A stretch of DNA of 64,000 nucleotides from Amphiscolops sp. MND2022 (GCA_964187785.1 OZ076413.1:63612001-63676000), one strand, 5' to 3'; counted from the stretch's first letter, positions 12,756 to 26,378 are shown. The notes: a model not told the origin generated them from the sequence alone. Made by a program: numbers and translations.

Positions 12756-14299
12756 TTATTTCCAAACCGATTGTTGCAAGTGAGTCGGCATTGGTCTTCC
12801 TTTTCGCTGTATCAGTTTTGCGTCTTCTTTTAATTGTATTTTTACCTCGATTCCATTTACGGTGTGATTTTCGTCGAAGAGTTTTTTGAATCTTTTTTTC
12901 AGGACGGCTACATCCGAGTCCTCGGTTACATGGTTTACCTGTGGGTTAATCTTGTTGGTATCAAGTGTTATTCCCAGTTTCTCCATCCAGTCCAGGCCTA
13001 ATAAAGGGTTGGTTTTCTTTGTAGTTATTAATAATACTTCTAAGTTGTTCCGTTTTCCGTTTACTTCTACTGATGCGATTGTTTTTCCCTCGAATTTTAT
13101 CCGATTGTCGTTCACATCTCTGTATTCGATTCCAATCGGCATCAGTGGTGTTATTCTGTTGACCTGTGACTTCGGTATTAAGGTTACCGATGAGCCGCTA
13201 TGTTTTATGAATTTGATTGGCCGGTTTTTCACCAATGCGGTGAGAGTGAAGAATTCTGGACCGTTCTTCTTCATTTGGCGTGTTGAACGGACCTTATGGT
13301 TTACTGAATGGATTGTGTTTGGAGACCAGTCGTCTTCTTCCGCGCTGCTTGCCTCATCATCCTGTACGTGGTTTACTCTTGTGTTTGTTCTGCAATCTTT
13401 TGCGTAGTGTCCGATTTTTTCGCATTTTGCGCATGTCTTTCCTTTGGCCGGACATTCGTGTTGTCTGGACCAATTGGGTGCTCCGCATCTGTTGCAGTCT
13501 ACTTTTTTGAATTTTGTCGGTTTCTCCAACAGATCTTTTGTGTTCTTTGTTTTTCTTTTATTGAGGTATCTCATTTTCTTCTCTTCTTCTGTTTCCGGTG
13601 AGTAGTTCAATTTTTCATACATGTATTCATGTAATGCTTTAGTAATTGCCTCTATTGACATGTCGCTTTTTTGATTTTCTTTTTGAGGCCGTAGTCACCC
13701 GTCGATTTCCCGATCACGGATAGGAATTTTGATGCTATAAGTTTTGCCGCGGTTATTGTTTCAAATTCGCAATTTTTCTCGACTTCTAGTATTCATTTCC
13801 ATACATCCGCCGCGGACTCTCCGTCTTCCCGTTTGAGATCGAAGAAATCGGCTCTGCTGTGTTGGACATTTCTCTCCGGTGTGAATTGTAGTCGAAACAA
13901 TGTACATAGTTTGTATAACGGGAGTGAGGTTGGTTCTCTTTCTCTAACCGTTTTGGTCATTTCCGTGATTGCGTTTTGTCCAATTGCCCATTGGAATGTA
14001 TCCTTTATCTCCGTTTCCAATTGGTCACGGTACTGTGGTAGTATTTCTTTGCTGTTTGTCATCTTTGAGAGATCCAAGTCCTTGGTCATTTTTATATATT
14101 GTACAAACTTTCGCCACCACATGTTGGCATTGGTGTAATCTTGTTTTTCCAACGTTGGAATGGTAAGCTTCTGTGTACACGTCCGTTCATTGGTTCTATT
14201 GAGCGTGTCATTTGGTAACGGTTGGTCACTCGAGTGAATTCCCGCCGACGTCCTGTTGGTGACTCCATTCCTTGGAGTAGTATTTGTACTGTCGTCCAT
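12756..14299 (-). pseudogene. gag: Gypsy gag with zinc knuckles plus aspartic protease (catalytic DSG degenerate to HSG)
   Basis: ORFs 13793-14299 and 12756-13661; CNRCGAPNWSRQHEC and CAKCEKIGHYAKDC knuckles; FIKHSGSSVT and LLGLDW protease motifs. Confidence 0.88.
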
Positions 14300-14340
14300 C
14301 TTTGGAGTTGATGTGCTTGTTCTTTGGTAACTCTATGGTT

Positions 14341-14355
14341 ACACTGACTGCGCCA
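14341..14355 (-). other. Primer-binding site
   Basis: Minus-strand TGGCGCAGTCAGTGT immediately after the 5' LTR. Confidence 0.8.
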
Positions 14356-14557
14356 TGTTGTATCTCGCTTGAATACTTGTAAAGAGAGTGCGTTGTATAA
14401 AATTCAACTATTCTCAAGCTATATCTTCTTTCATTATCATCGAGTGATGAACTTTATCTGCTCTTATGTGGAGGGCAGGTACAAAACTATAAATAGCATT
14501 AACATAACAATAAGGCAGACTAATTAGTTTCTTGTTAGAGTTCGTCTGTCCTCTACA
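14356..14557 (-). repeat. Gypsy 5' LTR
   Basis: TG...CA termini; direct repeat of 8479-8680. Confidence 0.93.
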
Positions 14558-14798
14558 ACCTGTCAACGCTGTAAGCGCTATCACTATATCATTTTTAGTC
14601 GCCACAAGGCCTAAATACAGTATTACATTCCTAATCTTGATTCCTTACTTACTGAGATACAACAGTCAGCAAATGTGGTATCATAACTTCAACTAGATAG
14701 TATCCGAAAGGGCACCGACTGAGAAAGGCATAACTGCCTATACCAGCGTCCGCCGCGTACTTTGGGAAATGAACTTTATTTCTTCCTTTCGCTCTTAC

Positions 14799-15168
14799 TT
14801 TTTAGTCAGCGCTTTTCTTAAGAAAAGAGTCGACTATAGTCATGGCTTTTCGTCAGTGTTTTTTAAGACCAAAATAGACCTGAACTGACCAAAATAGTTC
14901 TACCAAAAGTTCTACAAATTTACAGAAGACGCCAAATGTACCTGGTGGCCCAAGGAACTGAACCAAAAAGGTTTCCCGCGTAACATACAATACCGGACGA
15001 GACCAAAGGGTCCTCCCTTTCAGTTTTTTTCGGCATTGTGGAACTTTTTTTCGAAATTTTTTTTTTTCGTAAAAGTGTTCCCAATTCACCAATACTTGGA
15101 AATTTGAAGTCCTTTTGCTATTTTTGAGCCTCGGATATGGCGCCGACTTGGGCCGTTCCCGGCTTGTT
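14799..15168 (+). mobile_element. Helentron/DINE-like repeat, copy 4 (complete, short)
   Basis: 5' TTTAGTCAGCGCTTTTCTTAAGAAAAGAGTCGACTA; 3' GCGCCGACTTGGgccgTTCCcggcTTGTT. Confidence 0.65.
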
Positions 15169-18112
15169 TTCTTTCATTCTATCTTTGTTTCTCTGATGCT
15201 TCGGAAAATCAGTAATGTTGGGACCGGTAACATGAATGCCAGCTTGTTCATCTATTGCTCGTTTGGGACGTAACCCATCTAAACTGGGACATGATTCTCA
15301 TCTTTTGCAGTTCTCATCTTCAGTTGAATGATTAAGCACAATAAAATAATGATAGAGCGTTTTCAGTTTTGGAATTTTAAAGACTACGTTCAAGCTAGAG
15401 AACAAATATTCAATTTTTGGGAAATCAAGGACAAACAAGACTAAAACGTTCAAAGTAGACGCCTCACCCAAAGTTGAATAAGCGTTAATGTTTTGAGACC
15501 AACGGAAAATTTCACGAACATCAGCTTGTTCTAACGTAACACAATTGCAATTATATAACTCAATCGGCATTGTCGAAGTTTGTTTACCAAAACCTTTTTA
15601 TCTTTATCTCAAATGTCTCTGACCTCTAAGGGTCGCGACGATGTGACACCGTGTTGTCAAACAAAATTGTTCATGACAACGGTTGTCACCTGAGACAATT
15701 ACTCAGATCTTGGAAGATCTTGGATAGATCATGTCAAAGTCTTACGTTAAACCAGTTAAACTTACGGGGCTAACACTTGTACCACAAATTGAACTTTCCA
15801 GCACTGGAAATTGTTTTTGAAACATCTCAATCTAACCTTGTGTGACAAATGGTTGAAGGAAAAACTTGCTTGGAGTCGAGAAAAAAAGTGGGACGTATGT
15901 TTGGAGGGGGACTGGCTGTTAGAGGAACCGGTTGCCACCGAGTTGTCAAAGTTTCTCTTGGCGGCACTTAACAGTTTCTCCCCTAGAGCTTGGTCGATGA
16001 GCTCTGGGGCTATCATTGCGACCGGAATGTCAAACAGGGCCGCGGCTGATAGGGTAAGAATAGCAGATTTGCAATCAGTACTGGACGGGGGATGAAATCG
16101 AGGGCTCGTAGAGCCCCCACAAATGTATTTTTTGGAGTTTTTGGAACAAAACTCCATCGGTAGGGTGTAGATTCTGTTTATAATTTATAACTAACAAATA
16201 CTATGTAATTTAACAGATAACGGACGTTTGTGACAGTTTAAGGGTTCAGTGTTTGTTAAAGTCTCGAAATCCCAGTTTTCTCGAAACTCAAACGAAATTC
16301 CAAATAAGGAATACGTAGTTTATGACAAAGAATTAAAGTGTTGTAGCCAGGTAAGGAATCATTAATGTTTGTAAACATAGCCTTGTGAATTGGCTACTTG
16401 TAAAAACAAGTTGATTTCTTCTTTCCAAGAAATGGACGACCGGTTAATTTGAATAAGCAGTAGTTGAGTTTGAGCAGATGAGAAAGATTGGGGCCTGTTT
16501 TGAGTTGAATTCTACCGGCAGAGAAATTTCAGGAGAGAAAGTAGGGAATCAGGAAACGCAAACATTAGGTGACAGAAACAGCCGAAGGAATGGTAAGTTG
16601 GTAAGTGTAACTCAAGTTACTCTGGGAATGGACTGGAAAGAAAAGTGGAATTAAAACAACACGGGATAACTTCTTGGCAAAGATTGAAGTTTACGTAGTT
16701 GTTCAGCATACAGACATAGAAGAACATGCAAGAAGCATACATGTGCATATAAAATACATGCAAGAAGCATGCCGGAGGAATAGTAATTCGAATGTCCTTG
16801 CCTTCTTGGCTAAAAGACTGTGTGTGGTTGTGGCGTTGGTTGTTGGTCAACATTTAGAAAACTTGTTGGTCTCGTTTGATTGACAGAAGCGCAAAAGGGA
16901 CCCACTCGGCCGGAACGAGTAAAAGTCACGTTATAGGGAGGTTACAGTTGAAGAAACTATGGCATACAGACAGGGGTACGGGAAAAAGGGAAATACAACT
17001 GTTGCTGAAAGCCTTTGTAGGGGGGTGGGGGTTCCTAAACTGAGTTGAACAATCTGTTAATCTGAAAATCTGGGAATTCGGGAATACGGGAATATGGAAC
17101 TGAATTATTTGGGACATTTGGACAGGACACAAAATTGCGTTTCAAATGAATTCGAGCACGACAAATTGACCGTATGGGTATTATGTAATTCATGGTATGC
17201 AATTATTCATGTTACGTAACTTACTGATTCATTGTACAAATGATTTATGACCTGAATTTGTCATTAGCACAGCAAATGAGGAAAAACAGCCAGAGATCTG
17301 GCTCTAATAGGTCGAAGTTATTGTGCCAAAAAAGTCTGTCAGTGTGCCTACAGTTATACTCTGGCTATGATGAGTCCAGAAAAACCCAGATAGCTTAATG
17401 AACTGGGAAAAAAGTTTGAGAGTGTAGCGCGTTTTTGGAGCCTTTTTGTTCGAAATGAAGTTTTTCACCTTATTGTCTTGTGAAATACCTTTGCTGGAAA
17501 ATGAAATATTGAACCAAGAATGCAACTTTGCAACAAAAATAAGTGGAATTTTTTGATAAATAGTGAAATATTTCGATAGAAAAAAAATGATGGTAACTTT
17601 TTGGCATTTTCAGTCATCCGTCTAATAGGTGTGTCTGTTCTAATTGCTGCTGAGAATAGACAAAAAAACAATCAAAACGAAATAAAAGTAATTTTGCATA
17701 ACAAATTATCGACCAGTTATCAGAAGGAAAAATCTGCCAGGGGAGACAAAAATTTGATGAAAGTCTTCTTGGATTCAACGAATATACTTTCCACAATCAA
17801 TTTTATTGCAACCAGGGAAAACCTAGAGCTTGCTACAATCCAAGAACGCAGACTATAGCAGAAAAACAGTATCAAAGGAAAAAGTTGAGATAACATCAGA
17901 AACATAATAAATTTGAAGACTGGCCTCAATTATTACCAAATGACGTCATTTTATCGACGTCGGAACGTGTGACATCATTATGAGGAACAGAAACAAAGTT
18001 ATCATGCGAAAAGTAATTTCGAATAGCCTAAATTTTTTCACGATAAAATTTTTTGTTCATATTCAAATACGTCTTCATCACCGATTAACGGATGAACAAT
18101 CATTTAGTGGGA

Positions 18113-18522
18113 TGCGGGACAAAACAGCCGATTTTAAAACGAGACAAAACAGCCGATTTTCAAAACGGAACAAAATGAGTGCTGTTACAGCCGATATGCA
18201 TTGAACTTGGTTTATTTGAAGAGGTTCATATTTGTTGTATGGCTCGGTCTCTTCGCTCCCTTCGCCAAGTAGCAACATTGAGGCATGGCCATATGGCACG
18301 TCGCTCCGCTTCGCTTCGCTCCTGCATTCAGGGCACTAGGAGTATGTGAACATAGCTGACTACGTTATAATAATTATTTCATTGACTGCTGATCTTAAGC
18401 ATTGACAAAATCGGCGATTTTTATATTTACCAATCGGCGATTTTGTACTGTTTTAAAATCGGCTGTTTTGTCCTATTTTGAAAATCGGCTGTTTTGTCCC
18501 GTTTAAAATCGGCTGTTTTGTG
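18113..18522. mobile_element. Foldback/MITE-like element with modular inverted arms
   Basis: Tandem ACAAAACAGCCGATTTT units at ~18113-18175 and their inverted complements AAAATCGGCTGTTTTGT at ~18455-18522. Confidence 0.55.
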
Positions 18523-20039
18523 GAATGTTGTTTATTTGTGTTTCGAATAATCGGGATAATAGCAGAATTCAGAGTTAATTTTGTTGGCCCATTTCTTTTT
18601 TCAAACGAATAAAGGTTCAGTTTATTTCTTACACTTTTGTACAGTAGAATTTACGAACACCCAGTGCTGACAATTACCTCTGAATTGGAGGTTAGAAAAA
18701 CATTTTTTGTAACAATTCATGGTTAAATATTCGTTTCTCTCGGAATTTGCGATACAGGTGCTAAATCAACATCACCGCCTTTTTATGAAACTGTGTCCAG
18801 TGAGCGATTCATATCAAGATTTGTTAGTTTGGGCAATACATATATTCCGACACAAGATGTTCAAAAAAGGATTCGCAGAGGTATCTTTAAAGGTATTTGA
18901 GAGCACGCAATTTTGTTCAAAAGGCACACCAGAAACTCTAGTTGAAACTACTGGAATTTTTGACATGCTGCAGGCCGGCATGCAGTGTAGTTTTTCATAA
19001 AACCTAGAAAATTTAGTAAGGTCCCGATGGTAAAATTGTTGAATTATACTGCATTTTCCACTACTGCGAATAAATTATCATATAGGACGCTAAATATGCC
19101 GCTAGTTTGCAGTTATTACGCGAGTGAAGGTATTCTGCATTGAAATGTCTGTAAAACAGATCGCAATTTGTTTGCGTTTAAAATTAGAACACTTTCCTAA
19201 TGAAACCTGCAAAAGTTCAAGCCAATGTCATGAAAAGTTTGATGTACCTTTCAAGCAGCTCAAAAAAAGTTGAATAGAACAGGTGAATATTTCCGCATGA
19301 AAGTTTCCGTAAGAGTTTCAGAAAATCATAATAGACGTTGGTGGCAGCATAAAATCATGCAAAAAGTTCAAGCAATTTGAACAAGGGAAACCTCAAGAGG
19401 TTGTTTATCTTATTATCTTACGAAAATCAAGTTCCAGGTCTCAAATATTCAATAAAAGATGCAAAAACAGTACAACAATGAATATACAACTCTTTGTATG
19501 TCAGGAGAACAGAAACAACAATCCGTGCAAAAACATAATGACGTCAAGAAAAGTATAACTTTTTTACCATAGATAGAACAGTTCAGTAGCAGTTAAACCT
19601 GCAACTATACAAAGCAACAAAATTTTGCTACTTCTGCAGACAAAACGCAATAGCCGTTAAATGTTAATTAAATCATTTAAAGACAATGAAAACTTATGGA
19701 GGTCCTTTGAAGGCCCATCAAAGATGATGCATTATCTTCATAAGTCTCAAAAAAGATCTAAGTGGACAACCTTTCAAAGAACCATTGTTGTATGACTAAA
19801 ATAGTCATCCCTGTTTTCTAAACGATAATGCCTGCAAAAAGGAAAAATTCTTTTTACGTTTCCAAAGAACGGGGGCGTCTAAACCATCAGAACCGCAACA
19901 GTTTGAAGTGAAACTACGTTCGAGTGATTTGCCAGCCATTTTAATCTCAAAGAGAGGCCTCGTTTCGATCAAAACGAGCATTTTATGTGTAAACCTTTGG
20001 TTGCCTATTGTATTGAAAAGTAATAATTCAACTAGTTCA

Positions 20040-20740
20040 TTTTTAGTCGGCGCTTTTCTTAAGAAAAGAGCCCGACTATTACAGTCACTCGTTTTTTTTA
20101 TTGAAGACAGACTCGAAGCGACGAACGTTAACGTTCAACTAAAGGAAACTAAATACCAGGGAAACGCATGTAAATTATTCCAAAGGATCCCCCCTTTGGT
20201 TTTTCATTTTCCGCCCACATAAATGGGGGAGGAAAATCATGATCTGTGACGCGTTTTTTTTACAAATTCTGCCAAAACTCCACTTTATCTCCACTCCATC
20301 GAGTGGAGTGCACTTCACTTATTGCTTTCCCAGCCAGTAGGTCATGGGTTCGATCCTCTCCTTCGCCATACTTTTTTTGCAATAAGAGTGTCGCGGAAAA
20401 TATCCCGGTGCTTAGCGGGCGTCTTGTTACTTTTTAAACGTTACCTACAAGCCCGGACGGGACTGAAGGGTCCCCACTTTCGATTTTTTTCGGCACTGTG
20501 CGACTTTTTTTCGAAATTTTTTTGATGTCCCCAAAGGGTCCCCCCTTTGAGTTTTTTGTTATTTTGCTACAGAATGCATGTTTATAAATCAAAAAGGGTC
20601 CCCCTTTTACATTTTTCGGCACTGTGCGACATTTTCCGAGAGAAAAAATTTTTCGAAAATTTCAAGTTTTTTTCCAAAAAAATGTTTTGCGCTTTTTGAG
20701 CATTAGATATAGCGCCGACTTGAGACGTTCCCGTCTTGTT
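20040..20740 (+). mobile_element. Helentron/DINE-like repeat, copy 5 (complete)
   Basis: 5' TTTTAGTCGGCGCTTTTCTTAAGAAAAGAGCCCGACTA; internal subrepeats; 3' GCGCCGACTTGAgacgTTCCcgtcTTGTT. Confidence 0.68.
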
Positions 20741-23700
20741 TAGTTTATCCGACCCGAATGAAGTTGAAGTTCAAATCTTCTCAAAAATACAGCTGACGGA
20801 AATTTGGAGAAGCTAAGAAAGACTTTGGTGATCTTGAACTGCGGCGAAGCAAAGCAATACCTAGTTTTTAAAGCAAAAGAAGCAAATGCGTTTCAATTTC
20901 TCATAAATAACATAAATGTAAGCGTATTAGTGTGTAAACTTCACACCTATCAACTGGGGAGAGGTACGTTCCTCAGGTGCAGGGCTACAAACCCGAAAGT
21001 TCTGGGATACTCACAAATCCCGTTGGTGGTAAGAGGTTGCTTACTAGAGTAATTCGGGGTAAACCAATCCGCCGAAGTTACCCTAAGAAAACCTATGGAG
21101 AATGCACTCAGTCCACAGGGTTTTTGTACCCACTTGTAAAAATACTCTTGAGACTGTTGACGGAAAATTACTTCAACTAAATCGTCCGAGGGAGTCACTC
21201 TTGTCCTTAGGATTGAAGAGCGTGGGTCCCAGATCCCTATCAGGCAAACACTCGGGTACTTTCAATAGATTTCTAGGTTTCCACACTCGGTATGCTACAT
21301 AGGTTCTAAGATTACCACTGGGCTCACAGCTTTCAACCAGCCTCCGAAAAGACCTAAGCGGGCTTCTACTCATTTTGTTCCTTCGAACCAGAGTGAGTTT
21401 TCCAACCTTAGTTTTACTACAACGTTATTACAACTCTCGAACCCAAGGCAAACGGGTTGTGTTTCGTGCAAGAGACTTTGAAAGTTCTCCGGTAGCTCAA
21501 TGCTACGACCCAATGCTACTAAGTCACGGATACGGTTTAATTGAAAGAAGCGACTGCTTCGATTTGGCTTGGGACTGACTGGAGTCTCCTAGTGTTTTCT
21601 GGGAAAACGTTCGTCTTGAGCTAATGAGCTGATTACGAAAAGAGACAGAGAGCGGGTGAAATTTGGTAAGTTGAGATTAATTTTTGTTAGATTTCATGGT
21701 TTGAAAATGAGAACCTTAACACAATCGGCACATTTTGTCACGGTCAAATTTGTCCAGTACATAAGCGATTAATATATCGCGACGTTCTTTCTTGATATAA
21801 GTTTGAGTTATTGTCTCCGCAGAGATTCATTTTGCCGTTATTAAGGACGCTTTCATCGACATCTAGTTAGTAATTTCATCTTATATTATTCATGCATTTC
21901 GGGTATTTTATCAATCTCACATAGTGTAAGGGCCGAAAACTATGGCATAGTTGGCCGAAAAGTACCCAAACTATTGTAGCAGAATCACAATTTGTTCTGT
22001 CGCCTTAAACCGTGAGCTAAACGGTACAATAGAGGCCGGCTTGGTTCGGATGCATTCAGTAGGCCTATAGGAGAGTTCATTATAGGGTGCCACCAGACAT
22101 CAAACCGGGTATGTTCACATCACTGTGACATACGAAGGTCACAACCCAAAAAGAGCAACAGTGTTGTTGTCAAACAAACTCATAAACAACTGACTTAGCT
22201 ACGGCTCTATTTATGTTTAGATGATATGATGTAAAGGATACATTACTCTACCATTATGTATTTGAGATAGATACAATACAGCCGAAGAGATACTACTGTA
22301 CCTAATCTGTTTTAAACTTAGATTTAGCGATCTTAAAAATTACATCAAGCGTTATATCTTAGACAACACCAACGATGCATTGAAATTTCCAAGAGTTGCT
22401 TTCCGTCTTTATAATTACACTTCATTCCACCGTTAAGATCATCGGTACAAATGGTAACATGTCTTTCGTAAATCACCCACGGAAAAACAAAAAACACAAA
22501 AAAGAAAACTTTGAAAATTTATTGTCAACGAAGATTTCAACAACATTGCAACTCAAATTGTCAATCGTTCAAAGTTGCGATTTTCTTCGGTTTTCTATGA
22601 AATGAGTGGTAAAGATATCCGGATTTTAACTGAAGTTTCGAGACATCGTTAGTTGAAGAGTTTTCAGTTGAAGTAATGAGAGTTACATTTTAAACGCTTG
22701 AAAGAGAAAAAGTAATATTCCCGGTTTAAGAATAAGTATTGAAGGAGTGAAACGTCGAGGTTAAATTAGAACTGAATTTTTGTTTTGGAAAATGATATTC
22801 AGTAGACAATTTGGACATAAAAATGAGCTCAAATAAACACCTAGCTTGAGAAAGTTTTTTCTGGGTGTTCGAAATGTTTCAGTTTCCGAGTTAAATTGGT
22901 TCTCAAAATTAAAAGTTCGTCAAATTGGTTCTCAAAATTAAAAGAAAGTTCGTCAAAATTTACCGTCACTCACCCCGAAGACGTTCCTAAGAGGACCGAA
23001 CTGCATGAATATTATTTTCAACAACGGACTATACAATGGTATGCAATAAAGCAAGATTTGGCTACACCGAAGTATGTTCTTTGGGTAAAACGAAACAATG
23101 CCTAATGCCATTCGATTTTCAGAGGCAAATTCCACTTTTTTAGGTCAACGAAGTTGGACATTGACAAACTTTTCAACTTTGAGCCCTAATTTCTCTATGT
23201 CCTCTATGATGGGCATGCGTTTCGTTTGTTTGATGAAAGGTGAAATTTTAGAATCGTTGGTTTCCTAAGGCCTTTATCTTCGAGAGTAATTATGAAATGT
23301 ATTATAAAATGTCTTCCTCTGGAGCAACTCGAAGTCTCAGCAATTGCCGCCCATATTCACACCTAGAACTCTCTTATGGAACTGCTTTCAGTTCTAAAGT
23401 AGCTACTAAGGCCGTGTTTTGAAAAGAACTGATATTTGATCAAATAAACGTTTATCCAATGTTCTTGCGGTGCAGATGATTTATATCCTGCTGAATTTAT
23501 TTGTTGTAAAACTAGTATTCTCCAGAAGCCTTGCTATAAGTATATTTCCTAATTATATATATAAGGACACATCGTATGAACTAAATGTTTGGTCAACCCA
23601 GGTACTTACTTAATGACGAAAGACTTTCCGATGAATTGTGATGTAAAATGATTTTCGAACTCAATGTTTGTGAAGAGTCTAGAATCGCTCTTCGAGTTGC

Positions 23701-24773
23701 CCCTTGAAATTTATGAAGCAAACTGTTAAAAAAGATGCGAACAAATGTTAAATTTTCTTGGTGATGACAAATACAAATATTTCAAGTCTTGGTTGGTTTT
23801 TTATTGAAATAAAATATATTGTAGATATACAATAAAGAACAAGGTCAAAGGTAATTGCTTTTCAAATCAGTTCTTCGGTAGTGGGGGGAACCGTTTCGCA
23901 CTCCACTTTGTAATAGATATAATGTCCAAATTCTAAAAAACCGGGTGTTTGGAAGAATTGTATAACTTTTGTATACTTTTTTTGTACTTTCTAATTGAAT
24001 ACAATTGATTTTTCCTTTTCTTTGAATCGAAATAACATTTGTTTCAAAAAAGCCAGCTTTTTGTGTATTGAAATTGTATATGTGTCCATTATCAAAACGT
24101 TTTGTGATTCAAGTTTTTACGGCTAGTATAACAATGGCCATCTATTTTGAGTCTGAAAATTAATTATCTACTAATTTCAACCATAAAAGTTGACATATTT
24201 AGTTTATTTGCATTCAAAGCAAAATTTATCAATCTGTATTCGAAGAGTTTCGCATTCCTAAAACGTTGGGAACGAATTGAAATATCTTTCTCAAATCATA
24301 GTAATACGATTTTGATGTCATTGCGCACGCAGAATCACCTTTGGGTGTAGGAATAACAGTGCTAAATTTTATAAAAGTTGTACTGACAGTTTTTGAGAAA
24401 TTTGAAATTTTCGGGATGGAGAATTGAAAGTGAAAACTGAAGGTTTCAGTTTGTGAAAGGGATAAAGTTCTGTTCCTGGGCCAAATTTTTGGGCAAATAC
24501 ATGTAACTATGTTGATCTCATAGATATAAACTAGAGAAAATTGCAGTTTTTGTCTTCATGCTTCCTGAAAAATGTCACGACTTTCGAACATCTACTCGTA
24601 CTATTTCAGAACGGAAACAGTTTTCACAATCGAGAGTGCGGGTCGATTCCCCCACTACTTAAATTGGAAGATTTATTGGAGCTGTTTGTTGGAAGGAAAC
24701 AGGCAACAAAATATTTGTTGCAACTTGGAAAACGCTTGCTGTGTAAAAGCCCTGTTGCAAAGTATGATCGATG

Positions 24774-25362
24774 AACAAGGCGGGAAGTCAAGTCGGCGCC
24801 CCCGTTAAAGCTTCAAAATACGCGAAGTATTTCAGAGCTTAAAACAACTATTTTTCACTACTTCTCGATTTCACTGTGCCGAATGAACCCAAAGATTTTT
24901 GGGCTTGGAAAGGCGTTTTTGCTCACGAAAAGGATTGTGAACCAATCGAATTATTTTGACATTCGGCAGGAAATGGCCACTGCACTCGCATTGAAAAAAA
25001 AACACGACGAAAAACCAATGTAATAACGCATTTTATCTCATAAAACGCCGATTAAAAATCCCGTCTTTGCATACCCATGTTGAGATTGCAGGAAATTTTT
25101 TCATGCGCAAGCATACACGCAGGTACCATTTTTTATAAAGTTTACAAACTTCAGGGACCTTGCATGGAAAATTTTCAAGAAACTTTCCTGCATCTTGGAA
25201 AATATTTGGAAGCATTTTCAAGCGCTTTGAAAAAAGACCCTGCAGTCTATACAAAAAAATATAAAAAGTTCAAGCAATATTGGTAAAAACTTTGAAAAAA
25301 CTCTCGTGCAATTCAAATCAAAAAGCCTCAATATAGGCATGTCAAAAGGCGCCGACTTAGAA
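24774..25362 (-). mobile_element. Helentron/DINE-like repeat, copy 6 (inverted, degenerate)
   Basis: AACAAGGCGGGAAGTCAAGTCGGCGC at 24774-24809 (reverse of the 3' module) and AAAAGGCGCCGACTTA near 25344-25360 (reverse of the 5' end). Confidence 0.5.
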
Positions 25363-25944
25363 AAGAGTACTGCTTATTCAGCGTCAACACCGCAGAACTG
25401 GGGAAATTATGCTTTCTTCTCTTAAAATTCACAGAAACTTCTGTTGAAAAACGTTTTTTAAGTTTAGTCCAAAGGCATTCGTGATTTTTTGGGTGGAAGG
25501 GGAATTGGCTGGGTTGGGGTCCATTCAAACGGGCCATCCTGAACAAACCACTGCATTATATAGTCCCACCAAGCATCTAGACGAACGGTGTATGCCTCAT
25601 AACCCTGGCGTCTACCGTATGTCACACCAATGATGCACTGTGGTGCCCAGCTATAGCTTGACGTCATTACAGCCCCATGACCTTCGAAGTCATTGCCACA
25701 TATGGTATCACTCTCACTGCTACTGGGTAAGCCAAAAACTTTTCGACTTGTCAAAATTTTCAAATATTTGTCAACAAACTCATCAAAACTACTGTGAATA
25801 CAAATCTGGACGCTTTTCCAGTTTCCCCCAACCCATGATTTTTACAAAACTGATTTATAAACTGAACAGAATTTATTGCAGAGGATTATATCTTACAAGA
25901 TGCCCGCTAAGCACCGGGATATTTTCCGCCAAAAATGTTACGCA

Positions 25945-26012
25945 TCAGCACGGGTTCGACCCCCCACCACGTGTCTGCCAGGCAGACGCACTACCAACTG
26001 CGCCATGGTCAC
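25945..26012 (-). ncRNA. tRNA-derived Pol III head (SINE-like or pseudo-tRNA)
   Basis: Minus strand carries A-box TGGCGCAGTTGG and B-box-like GGGTCGAACCC at tRNA-like spacing; no clean acceptor stem. Confidence 0.45.
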
Positions 26013-26134
26013 TAGAATGTCCAAATTACTATTTACTAAATGGAATAATAAAATGGATATTTGGCAGAATTTGGAGAAAAAAAGCGCAACACTTATTATG
26101 ATTTTCCTCACCGGCTCTTTTCTGTTCCGCTTGA

Positions 26135-26378
26135 AGTCAGTTTTCCGCTTGAACAAAACATTGTTCAGACATTTCGACTATAATTTTGTTCGTATCAAGT
26201 GTTTATTGATGACTCAAAACAGGAAGCTGTTGATTTTTTCATCAAAAAAAGCGTGACTGCATACGGAAAAAGTGAACAAAGTTTAGAAGAATACAGCCGC
26301 AAATAAACCAGGTACTTAGAACAGTTTTAACCCAAATTTAAATTGAATAAAATTTTAACAAACACTTTTAAAACTTCA
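26135..26378 (+). repeat. Polinton left TIR
   Basis: Reverse complement of 51426-51580 plus 49993-50087. Confidence 0.8.

Larger units (their letters stand above)
8479..14557 (-). mobile_element. Full-length, decayed Ty3/Gypsy LTR retrotransposon
   Basis: Two 202-bp direct LTRs; ACCTG TSD at 8474-8478 and 14558-14562; PBS and PPT in the correct positions; domain order gag-PR-RT-RNaseH-INT. Confidence 0.95.

Noticed and set aside
15762-17132. Short ORFs on both strands (131 and 94 aa) as a retroelement or host gene fragment
   Set aside because: No recognisable domain motif and no splice-supported model.
17601-17858. 85-aa ORF with a signal-peptide-like start
   Set aside because: Short and AT-rich, with no homology cue or exon context; cannot be supported.
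20940-21660. GC-richer block possibly representing an LTR or retroelement leader
   Set aside because: No second copy, clear TG...CA boundary, TSD or coding motif could be established within the window.
21915-22300. Possible SINE-like or structured dispersed repeat
   Set aside because: Only weak partial similarity to ~15640-15700; no boxes, tail or TSD could be defined.
26111-26128. 18-bp match CCGGCTCTTTTCTGTTCC to the reverse of ~51682-51700 as an outer TIR extension
   Set aside because: A similar motif also occurs at ~50200-50225, so it is more likely a piece of a separate dispersed repeat.
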